Notes: generated by a model not told the origin, from the sequence alone. Shown: positions 1 to 9,682, counted from the stretch's first letter. The stretch: DNA of 44,649 nt from Thermodesulfobacteriota bacterium (GCA_034189385.1 JAXHVD010000030.1:1-44649); one strand, 5' to 3'. Made by a program: numbers and translations.

Positions 1-115
1 GCCCGGTGACAGGTATGGCCCGGTGACAGGTATGGCCCGGTGACAGGTATGGCCCGGTGACAGGTATGGCCCGGTGACAGGTATGGCCCGGTGACAGGTA
101 TGGCCCGGTGATAGG
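1..115. repeat. 17-bp tandem repeat (GCCCGGTGACAGGTATG) x6 plus a degenerate 7th copy; runs off the window start
   Basis: Perfect units at 1, 18, 35, 52, 69 and 86; partial GCCCGGTGATAGG at 103. Confidence 0.97.
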
Positions 116-259
116 CAGGTCAGGTTTGCGCTCATGATATATAAACATGAGCCTAACCAAAACCTAACAAGGGGTCTACAGACTAATAAGGTTTGCCTTA
201 AAAAAGGAGCCTTTTCCATTGCTCGTGCCCCTTTCAACAACAGATGGGGAGAAGAACCC

Positions 260-817
260 ATGAAAAGAATAACAGCTTACTGGGTATTGCTCACGCTGTT
301 GGCCGTGGCCAATGCTTCCGCCTTGGCCCAGGGAAAGGCCTACGAGATAGGCCCTGGTGATCTCCTCGAGATTTCTGTGTGGAAAGATGAAACACTGAGC
401 CGGCAGATCATTGTCCCGCCCGATGGCATGGTCTCCTTTCCCCTGGCTGGAGACATAGACGTCACCGATCTCTCCGTGCCTGAGCTGCGAGAGGCTGTCA
501 CAAAGAAACTCTCAGAGTATGTGCCTGACGCCACGGTGACGGTAATGCTGGTAGGGGCAAACAGCCTCACCGCCCATGTCATCGGCAAGGTAAACAGGCC
601 CGGCCAGTATCCTATTACTCTGGAAACAGATGTCATGAAGATCCTTGCCATGGCCGGGGGGCTGAACCCCTATGCCTCTCCTAACAAGATCATTATCCTC
701 CGGCAGGAGGAAGGGGTCGACTATAAGATCCCCTTCAGATACGGGGAGGTGGAAAAGGGAGTCAACCTTAAGCAGAATATCCTCCTAAGGCGTGGGGACG
801 TGGTGGTGGTGCCTTAA
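260..817 (+). CDS. Polysaccharide biosynthesis/export protein (Wza-like, Poly_export + SLBB)
   Basis: Signal peptide MKRITAYWVLLTLLAVANASALA; motifs YEIGPGDLLEISVW, VPPDGMVSFPLAG and LRRGDVVVVP. ATG 260 follows a GGGGAGA RBS. Confidence 0.93.
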   Translation: MKRITAYWVLLTLLAVANASALAQGKAYEIGPGDLLEISVWKDETLSRQIIVPPDGMVSFPLAGDIDVTDLSVPELREAVTKKLSEYVPDATVTVMLVGANSLTAHVIGKVNRPGQYPITLETDVMKILAMAGGLNPYASPNKIIILRQEEGVDYKIPFRYGEVEKGVNLKQNILLRRGDVVVVP

Positions 818-1012
818 CTCCTTGGTAACGTTCAATAGTTGGTGCAAACTTTCTTGGCAGGCAGTTAAAAGGATAGGGAGGATCGCTGCACGTTACTAAG
901 CCCTTGAACCTTCTTGAACAAAGAGGACCCATTATGTTTAGTCCATGGGGGTAGTAAAGATCGGGAAGCCCTTTTCCCGCTGTGCCTCTGTGGCCTCTGT
1001 GAGAGACTGAAA

Positions 1013-2227
1013 ATGTATCAAAACCCAGAACCAACAATCTCTGTGACAAGTCTGCGTTGCTTGAAACGACTCTGGCTCTGTCTCGCCGCTGTGGTCTGCC
1101 TCTTCTACCTGCCCTGGACCGTGGCGGCGGCCGATATGAAACTCGTGCCTTCACTGAAGGTGAAAGAGACATACGACGATAACGTGACCTTTTCAAGAAC
1201 CGATAAGCAAGACGACTTTGTTACCAGCATCAATCCTGAGTTGATGTTAGAATATGCCACGGAATTGCTCTCTCTTGAATCAAGGGCCGCCTTGGACCTC
1301 CTTCGTTACGCAGATGATTCAGACCTTGACACGGAGAACTATCGCCTTGGCCTGACCGGCCGCTACGGGGTCCTGGAGCGTTTCACCTTGTCCGGAAACT
1401 TCTCTTATCTTAAGGACACCACCCTTGAATCGGAACTCGAAGAGACAGGCCTGGTAAACCTGCGCGAAGACCGGGAGCGGTACACCGGTGGCGGCGGCAT
1501 CTCTTATAAGCTATCCGAACGTTCAGATGTGGGTCTTGACTACACCTATGGCGACACCAGGTATGACTCCCAAGACCAGGTGGATTACGATTCCCACTCC
1601 CTCACCTTTTCCTACAACCGCTACTTCAATGACCAGCTTGATGTCTTTACCATCCAACCATACTACGTGGGCAGAGATTCCGATATCAGCCAAACGGACA
1701 ACTATGGCCTTTCCCTCGGCTGGGCCCATGCCTTTAGTGAGACATGGCGCATGACCTGTTTTCTGGGGGCACGGTACACGGAGATCGACTATGTCTATTC
1801 TCCGTGGTACAGGGGAAAAGAGAGCACCCGCGGTGGCGTGGCCGACATGAGTGTGGCAAAGACCGGTGAGATAACAACAGCAACGATTGGTTACAGCCGC
1901 GATCTCCATTACAGCTCCTACGGCGAACCCATAGAGACGGATAAGATATATCTTCGTGCCAACAGGATGATGACAAGACGTCTTGGCGTGGCTTTTTCCG
2001 GAAGCCTCTATTTCACGGAATCAGAGGGGGAGTTCCTGGTGGAAGATAGCAGCCATGTTGAGCTATCGCCTTCCTTGAACTACAGGCTGACAAGGCAGCA
2101 CAGTCTTCGTGCGGGGTACAGCTATTCCCGTCATTGTGACAAGACACGCTCCCGTAATGAGGATTATGATCGTCACCGGGCGTGGGTGCTGCTCGATTTC
2201 AGGTTCCCCCAAGACTGGTGGCTATAG
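1013..2227 (+). CDS. Outer-membrane beta-barrel protein associated with EPS export
   Basis: Signal-like hydrophobic stretch, PSLKVKETYDDNV motif, alternating aromatic beta strands; lies between the Wza-like and chain-length genes. Start uncertain. Confidence 0.8.
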   Translation: MYQNPEPTISVTSLRCLKRLWLCLAAVVCLFYLPWTVAAADMKLVPSLKVKETYDDNVTFSRTDKQDDFVTSINPELMLEYATELLSLESRAALDLLRYADDSDLDTENYRLGLTGRYGVLERFTLSGNFSYLKDTTLESELEETGLVNLREDRERYTGGGGISYKLSERSDVGLDYTYGDTRYDSQDQVDYDSHSLTFSYNRYFNDQLDVFTIQPYYVGRDSDISQTDNYGLSLGWAHAFSETWRMTCFLGARYTEIDYVYSPWYRGKESTRGGVADMSVAKTGEITTATIGYSRDLHYSSYGEPIETDKIYLRANRMMTRRLGVAFSGSLYFTESEGEFLVEDSSHVELSPSLNYRLTRQHSLRAGYSYSRHCDKTRSRNEDYDRHRAWVLLDFRFPQDWWL

Positions 2228-2254
2228 GGTGACAGATCCACTGACGAGTAAACC

Positions 2255-4015
2255 ATGACCATGGACGAACAAAAAGAAATAGATCTAAAGGGGCTCGTAA
2301 GAAGAAGAAAAAAGATTTTTCTGATTTCCTTTCTGGGCATATTGGTGCCGGCCGTTTTCATCGCCTTTGTGTTGCCGCCCATATACCTTTCCCAGTCCAC
2401 GATCCTCATTGAAGACCAGCAGATCCCCCGGGAGTATGTTCAGACCACCATTACCGGCTATGTGGAAGAACGCCTCCAGATCATCACCCAGCAGATCATG
2501 AGCCGCTCCAGGCTCACGGAGATCATGGATCGCTTCAATCTATACGCTGACATGCGGCAGCGACATACCACGGCGGAGATCCTCGCGAAGATGCGCGGCG
2601 ATATCAATCTTCAGACCATCAGCGCCGATGTCATGGACAAGAGGACCGGGCGCCCTACCGTGGCCACCATTGCCTTCACCCTTTCCTACGAGGGCAAGAG
2701 CCCTGCAACGGTGCAGAAAGTGGCAAATGTCCTCACCTCCTTCTATCTGGAGCAGAACTTGAAGACCAGGGAGGAGATGGCCTCTACGACCACCAGTTTC
2801 CTGCAACAGGAGCTCGATGGGCTAAAAGGCGAGATCGACGGGATTGAATTGAAGATAAGTGACTTCAAAAGGGCCCACCTGGAAGAGCTTCCCGAGCGCA
2901 ACAACCTCAACATGCAAACCATTTCACAGCTTCATCGAGACCTGGACCATATAGAGATGCAGCTGAACTCCCTTCAGGAGAGGAAGATCCTCCTTCAAGG
3001 GCAGCTTGCCAATGTGGACCCCTTAAGCGCTGCCATGACAGAAGACGGCAAGGCCGTCATGCATCCCGGGGACCGTCTTAAATACCTTCGACTGCAGCTT
3101 GTCACCCTCCAGAGCACCCTGTCGGAAAAGCACCCTGATGTCATCAAAGTCAAGAGAGAGATTGGGCAACTCGAATCGCAGGTAGGCGAATCAGACGACG
3201 TCGCGGCAAAGATCAAACGACTGGAGGCCTTAAAGGCTGAACTGGATGCCTTGAGCGCTGAATTCGGGCCAAAGCACCCTGATGTGGTCAAGCTTTCAAA
3301 AGAGGCGGAGGCCCTCGGCCAAGAGGTGGAGGCCCTTGAGTCAGACAGGGTCACCCAAGAGCTGGCAGCCCAAGAACCGGACAATCCGGCCTACATCAAC
3401 CTGAAGACCCAGCTCGATTCCATGGGACTTCAGAGCAAGAGCCTCTTGGAGGAAAGGGAGCAGATCCGAAAGGAGATAGCCAGGTATCAGCAAAGGATCG
3501 AAAACGCCCCCTTGGTGGAAAAGGAATACAACAACCTCATACGCAATTATGAAAACGCCCAGTTCAAGTACAAAGAGTTGATGAACAAGCTTATGGAAGC
3601 AAAACTCGCCCAGGGCATGGAGGAGACACAGCGGGGCGAGCGATTCACCATTATTGAGCCTGCGCAACTGCCGGAGAAACCGTATAAGCCCAACCGCATG
3701 GCCATTATGCTCATAGGCCTTGTTCTGGCCCTGGGGGCGGGCGTCGGCCTTGCCGCCGTTCGCGAAAGTCTGGACACCTCTGTCAAGACAGCCGAAGAGC
3801 TGGGCCGCATCACCGGTGTGCCCGTACTGTCTGTCATCTCGCTCATGGAGAGTGAACAAGAGGTGCGGTCTCGCCGCGTCAAGAAGGCCCTGTTGTTTCT
3901 GGGGGCCATAGTGGCCATTGTCGTGGCCTTGGTCGTGATCCATCAATTCGTCATGCCCCTGGAAGTGGTCTGGGCCAAGATCCAACGCAGGGTCACGAAG
4001 ATGGGATTGATGTGA
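2255..4015 (+). CDS. Polysaccharide chain-length determinant / co-polymerase (GumC/Wzc N-terminal part)
   Basis: N-terminal TM then LPPIYLSQSTILI, long coiled coil with two KHPDV motifs, IIEPAQLPEKPYKPNR before C-terminal TMs. Confidence 0.93.
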   Translation: MTMDEQKEIDLKGLVRRRKKIFLISFLGILVPAVFIAFVLPPIYLSQSTILIEDQQIPREYVQTTITGYVEERLQIITQQIMSRSRLTEIMDRFNLYADMRQRHTTAEILAKMRGDINLQTISADVMDKRTGRPTVATIAFTLSYEGKSPATVQKVANVLTSFYLEQNLKTREEMASTTTSFLQQELDGLKGEIDGIELKISDFKRAHLEELPERNNLNMQTISQLHRDLDHIEMQLNSLQERKILLQGQLANVDPLSAAMTEDGKAVMHPGDRLKYLRLQLVTLQSTLSEKHPDVIKVKREIGQLESQVGESDDVAAKIKRLEALKAELDALSAEFGPKHPDVVKLSKEAEALGQEVEALESDRVTQELAAQEPDNPAYINLKTQLDSMGLQSKSLLEEREQIRKEIARYQQRIENAPLVEKEYNNLIRNYENAQFKYKELMNKLMEAKLAQGMEETQRGERFTIIEPAQLPEKPYKPNRMAIMLIGLVLALGAGVGLAAVRESLDTSVKTAEELGRITGVPVLSVISLMESEQEVRSRRVKKALLFLGAIVAIVVALVVIHQFVMPLEVVWAKIQRRVTKMGLM

Positions 4016-4334
4016 AATACTCATATTCGCCGCCAAGACGCCGAGAGCGCAGAGCCTATTTTTGTCTATGTTTTCCGCTGTTAACAGGCTGTTAAGCTGA
4101 TGAGCTAATGAGCTGCTCGGCTTTGCGTTCTTCGCATCTCAAGCGACCCTGAGCACTGTCGAAGGGGAGCGGGCGGTGCGCCCAAAGGGACTCACAGGAA
4201 TCTAGTTGAATCCTAACATGGCTGCAACATGCTTGCCCGAAAGGTACATGTTTCAAGTGACCCAAGAAGACTCGTTCCTTAAGAGGCGTGTCCATCCACG
4301 AACCTCTGTTAGCTGGTACAACACAACCGAGGTT

Positions 4335-4458
4335 GTGTCCGTTCAGAAATGATAGGTTTTGTCCCAAAACAAGGCCGCACAAGGGTTTTCACCGCAGGCG
4401 CAAAGCCCGCGGAGAACGCAGTGTTGGGGCAAAAGATGCCATTTATGGATGGACACTA
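4335..4458. mobile_element. ~120-bp MITE-like element (family D) with long imperfect terminal inverted repeats
   Basis: Left end GTGTCCGTTCAGAAATGATAGGTTTTGTCCCAAAAC versus reverse complement of right end GTGTCCATCCATAAATGGCATCTTTTGCCCCAACAC. A related copy starts at 44530. Confidence 0.7.
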
Positions 4459-4479
4459 ACGCGTCACTGAAAGAAAACT

Positions 4480-5259
4480 ATGAGTAAGCTAAAAAAGGCC
4501 ATGGAAAAGGCGAAAGCGGCCAGGAAGGTGGTGGCGCATGACTTTGTGAAAGAGCCTGAGGCCGCCCCTCAAGGGCTGGTCATCACCTATTCCCAGACGG
4601 AGATCGTCCATGTCTCGGAAAGCACCCTGAAGAAGAACAAGATCATCTCCCTTTTTCACGGAAAGGCCAGGGCCGACCAGCTCAAGATATTGTGTGCCCA
4701 GGTCTTAGACAGGATGAAACAGCTGGGGGGAAACAGCCTCCTGGTCACCAGTCCCGATCCCGGGGTGGGAAAGACCCTTACGGCCATTAACCTTGCCGTG
4801 AGCATTTCACAGGAGGTGCACTATACGGTGCTCCTTGTGGATGCTGACCTGAGAGCCCCTTCCGTCCACAACTGCTTCGGCCTGGACGGAGAAAGAGGCC
4901 TTTCCGATTACTTGCTAAATAAGGCGGAACTGCCTGATCTGCTCGTCAACCCGGGCATTGAAGACCTGGTGATCCTTCCCGGTGGCAAGCCCTTGCCCAA
5001 CTCTGCAGAGCTTCTGGGGGCGTCCAGGACCGAATCCATGGTCAGGGAGATGAAGGCGCGTTACCCTGAGAGATTCATCATCTTTGACAGCCCTGCCGTG
5101 CTCCCCTGTGCCGACGCCCTGGTCTTTTCCCGGCTCATTGACGGCATCCTTCTGGTCGTGGAGGCGGAAAAGACCCCGGAAAAGGATCTCAAGCAGGCCA
5201 TGGAGCTGTTGAAAGAGAGGAACATCATCGGAACGGTGCTAAATAAGGCGAAAGGGTGA
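4480..5259 (+). CDS. CpsD/CapB-family bacterial tyrosine kinase (stand-alone Wzc kinase domain)
   Basis: Walker A SPDPGVGKT, A' LLVDADLR, B IIFDSPA, and C-terminal IIGTVLNK. Confidence 0.92.
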   Translation: MSKLKKAMEKAKAARKVVAHDFVKEPEAAPQGLVITYSQTEIVHVSESTLKKNKIISLFHGKARADQLKILCAQVLDRMKQLGGNSLLVTSPDPGVGKTLTAINLAVSISQEVHYTVLLVDADLRAPSVHNCFGLDGERGLSDYLLNKAELPDLLVNPGIEDLVILPGGKPLPNSAELLGASRTESMVREMKARYPERFIIFDSPAVLPCADALVFSRLIDGILLVVEAEKTPEKDLKQAMELLKERNIIGTVLNKAKG

Positions 5260-5277
5260 ACGATCCTTTCAGGATCG

Positions 5278-5352
5278 AGGCCCAAGGCCCAAGGCTCATG
5301 GCGCAGGCCCCGTTGTCTTTCACCTTACGCCTTATGCCGTGGGCCTTACGCC
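5278..5352. repeat. Inverted pair of degenerate heptamer tracts
   Basis: AGGCCCA-AGGCCCA-AGGCTCA-TGGCGCA-GG followed by CCTTACG-CCTTATG-CCGTGGG-CCTTACG-CC. Confidence 0.7.
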
Positions 5353-5423
5353 ACTGACCATAGGAAGGGATTTCCGAAGATGGCAACAGGCCACTTAACA
5401 CCCACGTGCGGTAAGAGGAGACC

Positions 5424-6533
5424 ATGTACGAATCGTTTTACGGACTAAAGGAAAAACCTTTTAATATCACACCCGATCCTGACTATTTCTACATGAGTCA
5501 GGTCCATGAGAATGCCTATACCCACCTCCAGTATGCCATCAAGGAGAACAAGGGCTTTGTGGTGATTACTGGAGAAATCGGCTCCGGCAAGACAACGCTC
5601 ATCAATCTGCTGCTAAAGCATATCCAGCAAGATATCCTGGTGGGTGTCATGAGCAGCGCCAGTCTCCTGCCCGAAGAGTTCGTCAAGATGGCCTGCCAGG
5701 AATTGGAGCTTGAGGTAGAGGGCAAGGACAAGGTCGAGATGATCGATGCCCTAAACGCCTTTCTGCTCAAGCAGTTTGCCGAAAAAAAACGGGTGGTCCT
5801 TATCGTTGATGAGGCCCAGAATCTCCCTTTGGAAACCATTGAAGAGATTCGGGTGCTTTCAAACCTGGATACTGAAAAAGACCATCTCATCCAGATGATC
5901 CTGGTGGGGCAGCCGGAACTGAAGGCCAAGCTGCAACAAAGGCAGCTGAAGCAGTTTGTTCAGCGCGTGACCGTCCATTGTCATCTCAGGGGGCTGAACA
6001 GGGAGGAGGCCGGCCAGTATATAGGCCACCGCCTCCACGTGGCCGGGTCGGAGAATGGTGATATTTTCGACAAAGACGCCATTGAGGCGGTCTATCAATA
6101 TTCCCGCGGCATCCCGCGGATGATCAATATCCTTTGCGATTCCGCCCTCCTCTACGGTTATGCGGACGATCTAAAGACCATCGGCAAAGAGGCCATAGAG
6201 GAGGTGGTGAAGGAACGAAAGGGGGAAGGCTTTTTTCTCGACGCCTCAGAAGAGGGCCGGGAAGCCTCCGCCTCTCTTCCTTCTGAAGGCGACCCATGGG
6301 AGACCCGTTTTCAAGCCTTAGAGAAAAAGATCAACCTCCTTGCAAAGGCCGTGGTTCATATGAATCGCACCCTGAGCGCCCTGGCCGACCAGAATGGAAA
6401 AAGGGACAGGGTTAACATCGAACTTTTCAGGATGCTCCAGCAAAACCTGAAGAGCCGCAAGGCCTTGCTCTTCAAGTACAGGCAGTTGAAAGCACAAGGG
6501 GGCACAAAGAAAGGCGTGGGGAGAAAAGGGTAA
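5424..6533 (+). CDS. ExeA-family AAA ATPase (XrtA/PEP-CTERM-locus type)
   Basis: MYESFYGLKEKPFNITPDP start, GEIGSGKTT, LIVDEAQNL, LVGQPEL and GIPRMINILCD. Confidence 0.93.
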   Translation: MYESFYGLKEKPFNITPDPDYFYMSQVHENAYTHLQYAIKENKGFVVITGEIGSGKTTLINLLLKHIQQDILVGVMSSASLLPEEFVKMACQELELEVEGKDKVEMIDALNAFLLKQFAEKKRVVLIVDEAQNLPLETIEEIRVLSNLDTEKDHLIQMILVGQPELKAKLQQRQLKQFVQRVTVHCHLRGLNREEAGQYIGHRLHVAGSENGDIFDKDAIEAVYQYSRGIPRMINILCDSALLYGYADDLKTIGKEAIEEVVKERKGEGFFLDASEEGREASASLPSEGDPWETRFQALEKKINLLAKAVVHMNRTLSALADQNGKRDRVNIELFRMLQQNLKSRKALLFKYRQLKAQGGTKKGVGRKG

Positions 6534-6740
6534 GGGCTCATCCCCAGACAGCACAGGCGACCGCAAAACGCGCAAAGACAATCCAGACATCCCCGGCCAC
6601 ACCAGATTGAACCCCCGCTGACCTTTTTTTGGGGGATGCCTGTCTTTTCAACAAACTAACTGTCTTTTCAATGAGTTGCAAAGCATCCCCGCCTGCCCTC
6701 AAGGGGGCGGAGCCTGCCCGCCGTTAATCAAAAAAAACTG

Positions 6741-6979
6741 AATGAACCGCGGACAACCGCAGACAGGCGCAGACATTTTGTCCGGTCGACGTGACCGGCC
6801 AAACCCCCTGATCGCTTCGCGAGAGTCTTGGGTTGAGACTGGACTTTGGTAACCGGCATTGATTTTGAGTGGGAACCCTGTCCCTGTTGATGGAAGGAAA
6901 TCAGGAAGAAGGCTGGTACTAAATTTGCCCGAAGGGCACGACCATAGTCTGCGTTTGTCCGCGTATGTCCGCGGTTAAT
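6741..6979. mobile_element. Family A non-coding element, copy A1 (~240 bp)
   Basis: Ends ATGAACCGCGGAC...GTCCGCGGTTAAT with 10-bp-periodic CGCAGAC/GTCYGCG subrepeats. Internal hairpins CCGGTC-GACGT-GACCGG, TCGC-TTC-GCGA and TGCCC-GAA-GGGCA. Confidence 0.85.
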
Positions 6980-7014
6980 CAAAAAAACCTGAATGAACCG
7001 CAGACAACCCATGT

Positions 7015-7293
7015 CTAAGACGTGCGCCTTTCCATTCGCTCATAGACCTCTTTGCGGTGAATAATGCCAAGGATGAGAATCTCGGTCTTGGATACCTTAA
7101 AAACGACACGATATTCTCCTACCCTTAGTTTCCAGTATCCTTTAAGGGTTCTTCGCAGGGGCTTTCCATAGACTTCAGGTCCGGTGGCAAGGCGTTCCTC
7201 CAAGGCTCTTTTGATCATGGACCTGTTTTTCTTGTCGATCTTCGGCAGATCCACCTTTTTCACATCAGGATGATAAACGAATCGAAAGGCCAT
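7015..7293 (-). CDS. RelE/ParE-family toxin (TA1)
   Basis: MAFRFVYHPDV...GKPLRRTLKGYWKLRVGEYRVVF...IIHRKEVY. Confidence 0.92.
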   Translation of the reverse strand: MAFRFVYHPDVKKVDLPKIDKKNRSMIKRALEERLATGPEVYGKPLRRTLKGYWKLRVGEYRVVFKVSKTEILILGIIHRKEVYERMERRTS

Positions 7294-7414
7294 GTTTTCG
7301 AGACCTCTATTGCACAACTCCTTCGAACGTTGATGATGGGCTTCTGCTCACGGAGCTCGGGAAATGGCTTGATGGCGCGACTCTGCTTCCTGAACGAACT
7401 TCTGATTCACCACA

Positions 7415-7642
7415 CTAGGACCACACCTCATCGTGAGCAAGCCCTTGGGATTTGTCCCACGTGCCTTCTCTTTCTTGGCCGAAAGAATTAAGAAAGATAT
7501 CTTCCTGAATTTCCATGGCTTCCTTGATCAGATCTCTGACCTTGGTGGACAGGGACACGCCGTCCTTCTCGGCCAGAAATTGGACCTGCTGATAAAGAGG
7601 AGCATCCAGCACCACATTGATCCTTGGATTCTTGGCAGGCAT
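7415..7642 (-). CDS. RHH-type antitoxin (TA1)
   Basis: MPAKNPRINVVLD...LSTKVRDLIKEAMEIQED...HDEVW; AAGGGAGG RBS; upstream of the RelE gene. Confidence 0.85.
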   Translation of the reverse strand: MPAKNPRINVVLDAPLYQQVQFLAEKDGVSLSTKVRDLIKEAMEIQEDIFLNSFGQEREGTWDKSQGLAHDEVWS

Positions 7643-7773
7643 CACCTTTATCCCTCCCTTGTAGTTCTTTGGAAAAAAGTGTAACACAAGTGACGCACCA
7701 GGTCAACCACTCAACGATTCAACCAATCGTCTGCGTATGTCCGCGAGAGTCCGCGGTTAATGAAAAAAAGCTG

Positions 7774-8156
7774 AATGAACCGCAGACAACGCAGACGGCC
7801 GCAGACATTTTGTCCGGTCGACGTGACCGGCCAAACCCCTCATCGCTTCGCGAAAGTCTTGTGAGAGGAAATGAGACTCAGTGGCATGGGACGGGTGTGA
7901 ATGTGGATGCCTGGAAAGGACTTACCAAGAGGCTGATACTAAATTTGCCCGAAGGGCACGGCGTGTATGTCGGCGACAAGCCTGCCCCGTGAAACACCTA
8001 TTTCACCGGGGCCTGCCCCGTGAAACGCCTATTTCACCGGGGCCTGCCCTGTGAAATGCAGAGCCTATTTCACTGGGGCTTGCCCCGTGAAACGCCTATT
8101 TCACTGGGGTCGTCGGCGGCATAGTCTGCGAGGGTCTGCGTCTGTCTGCGGTTAAT
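7774..8156. mobile_element. Family A element copy A2, with a nested family B array
   Basis: Same ends and internal hairpins as A1; four B hairpins inserted at 7980-8109. Confidence 0.85.
7980..8109 (+). repeat. Family B REP-like hairpin array (4 units)
   Basis: GCYTGCCCCGTGAAA-N5-9-TTTCACYGGGG units in tandem. Confidence 0.92.
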
Positions 8157-8167
8157 GAAAAGCCCTG

Positions 8168-8336
8168 AATGAACCCCTCATCGCTTCGCGAAACCCATGA
8201 GAGGAAATGAGACTCAGTGGCATGGGACGGGATGAGAATGTGGATGCCTGGAAAGGACAGATCAAGAGGCTGGTACTGAACTTGCCCGAAGGGCACGGCC
8301 ATAGTCTGCGAGAGTCTGCGAAGGTCTGCGGTTAAT
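8168..8336. mobile_element. Family A element copy A3 (internal deletion near the left end)
   Basis: AATGAAC joined directly to CCCTCATCGCTTCGCG; the remainder is near-identical to A2 and ends GCGGTTAAT. Confidence 0.8.
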
Positions 8337-8393
8337 GAAAAAAACCTCGCAACGCGTCAAGTAACCCCAAAACCCCAAAAGGGAGCGACCACA

Positions 8394-9410
8394 ATGCACA
8401 TCCTTGTTACAGGAGCAGCCGGTTTCATCGGCTTTCACGTGAGCAGACGTCTTTTGGAACAAGGCCATGAAGTCATCGGCCTGGACAGTCTGAACACCTA
8501 CTATGACGTGAGGCTAAAGGAGGCCCGCCTCAAGGAGCTGGCGCCCTTTGAGAGGTTCACCTTTACCAGACTGGATCTGGGCGACCGTGCGGGGATGGAG
8601 GCCCTTTTTGCCGACCATCATTTTGACCGGGTCATCCACCTTGCGGCCCAGGCCGGGGTAAGATACAGCCTCACCAACCCCCATGAATACGTGGAGAGCA
8701 ACGTGAAGGGGTTTCTGCACATCCTGGAAGGGTGCCGTCACTCCAAGGTGCCCCACCTGGTCTTTGCCTCCAGCAGTTCGGTCTACGGCATGAATACCAA
8801 GATGCCCTTTTCGGTGCACCACAACGTGGACCACCCCGTGAGCCTCTATGCGGCCACCAAGAAGGCCAACGAACTCATGGCCCACACATACAGCCACCTC
8901 TACGGCCTGCCCACGACGGGGCTGCGCTTTTTTACCGTATACGGACCCTGGGGCCGTCCCGACATGGCCCTATTCCTTTTCACCGAGGCCATCTTGGAGG
9001 GCCGTCCCATCAAGGTCTTTAACAAGGGCAACATGGAAAGGGACTTCACCTACATTGACGACATTGTCGAGGGCGTGGTGCGGGTCATGGACCATATTGC
9101 CCGGCCCAATGCCCAGTGGGACCCACAGGCCCCCGATCCCGGGTCCAGCCCCGGGCCCTATCGTCTTTACAACATCGGCAACAACACCCCTGTCCAACTC
9201 ATGGACTTTATCGAAGCCGTTGAGACCGCCCTGGGAAAGAAGGCAAAAAAGGAGTTCATGTCCATGCAGCCGGGAGACGTTCGTGCCACATTCGCCGATG
9301 TGGAAGACCTCAGCCAGGCCGTGGGCTTTAAGCCCCGGACCGCTCTAAGTGAAGGCATCGGCCGTTTTGTGGACTGGTACCTGGACTATTTCGGCCACCC
9401 CCGCCCCTGA
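8394..9410 (+). CDS. UDP-glucuronate 4-epimerase (NAD-dependent epimerase, CapI/Uge type)
   Basis: [33 protein letters not shown] and [14 protein letters not shown]. Confidence 0.95.
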   Translation: MHILVTGAAGFIGFHVSRRLLEQGHEVIGLDSLNTYYDVRLKEARLKELAPFERFTFTRLDLGDRAGMEALFADHHFDRVIHLAAQAGVRYSLTNPHEYVESNVKGFLHILEGCRHSKVPHLVFASSSSVYGMNTKMPFSVHHNVDHPVSLYAATKKANELMAHTYSHLYGLPTTGLRFFTVYGPWGRPDMALFLFTEAILEGRPIKVFNKGNMERDFTYIDDIVEGVVRVMDHIARPNAQWDPQAPDPGSSPGPYRLYNIGNNTPVQLMDFIEAVETALGKKAKKEFMSMQPGDVRATFADVEDLSQAVGFKPRTALSEGIGRFVDWYLDYFGHPRP

Positions 9411-9430
9411 TCCCGAAGAAGAAAAAGCTG

Positions 9431-9664
9431 AATGAACCGCAGACGGCCGCAGACGGCCGCAGACCGTTTGTCCGGTCGACGTGACCGGCCAAACCCCTTA
9501 TCGCTTCGCGAGAGTCTTGGGTTGAGGCTGGGTTCTATGATCCGGCATGGACTTTGGCAACCCTGCCCATGTTGATGGAAGGAAGTCGGGAAGAAGGCTG
9601 GTATTGGATTTGCCCGAAGGGCATGACCATAGTCTGCGTATGTCCGCGAGAGTCCGCGGTCAAT
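9431..9664. mobile_element. Family A element copy A4
   Basis: Same ends and hairpins; central region resembles A1. Confidence 0.85.
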
Positions 9665-9682
9665 GGAATCAATTCCTTTCTC

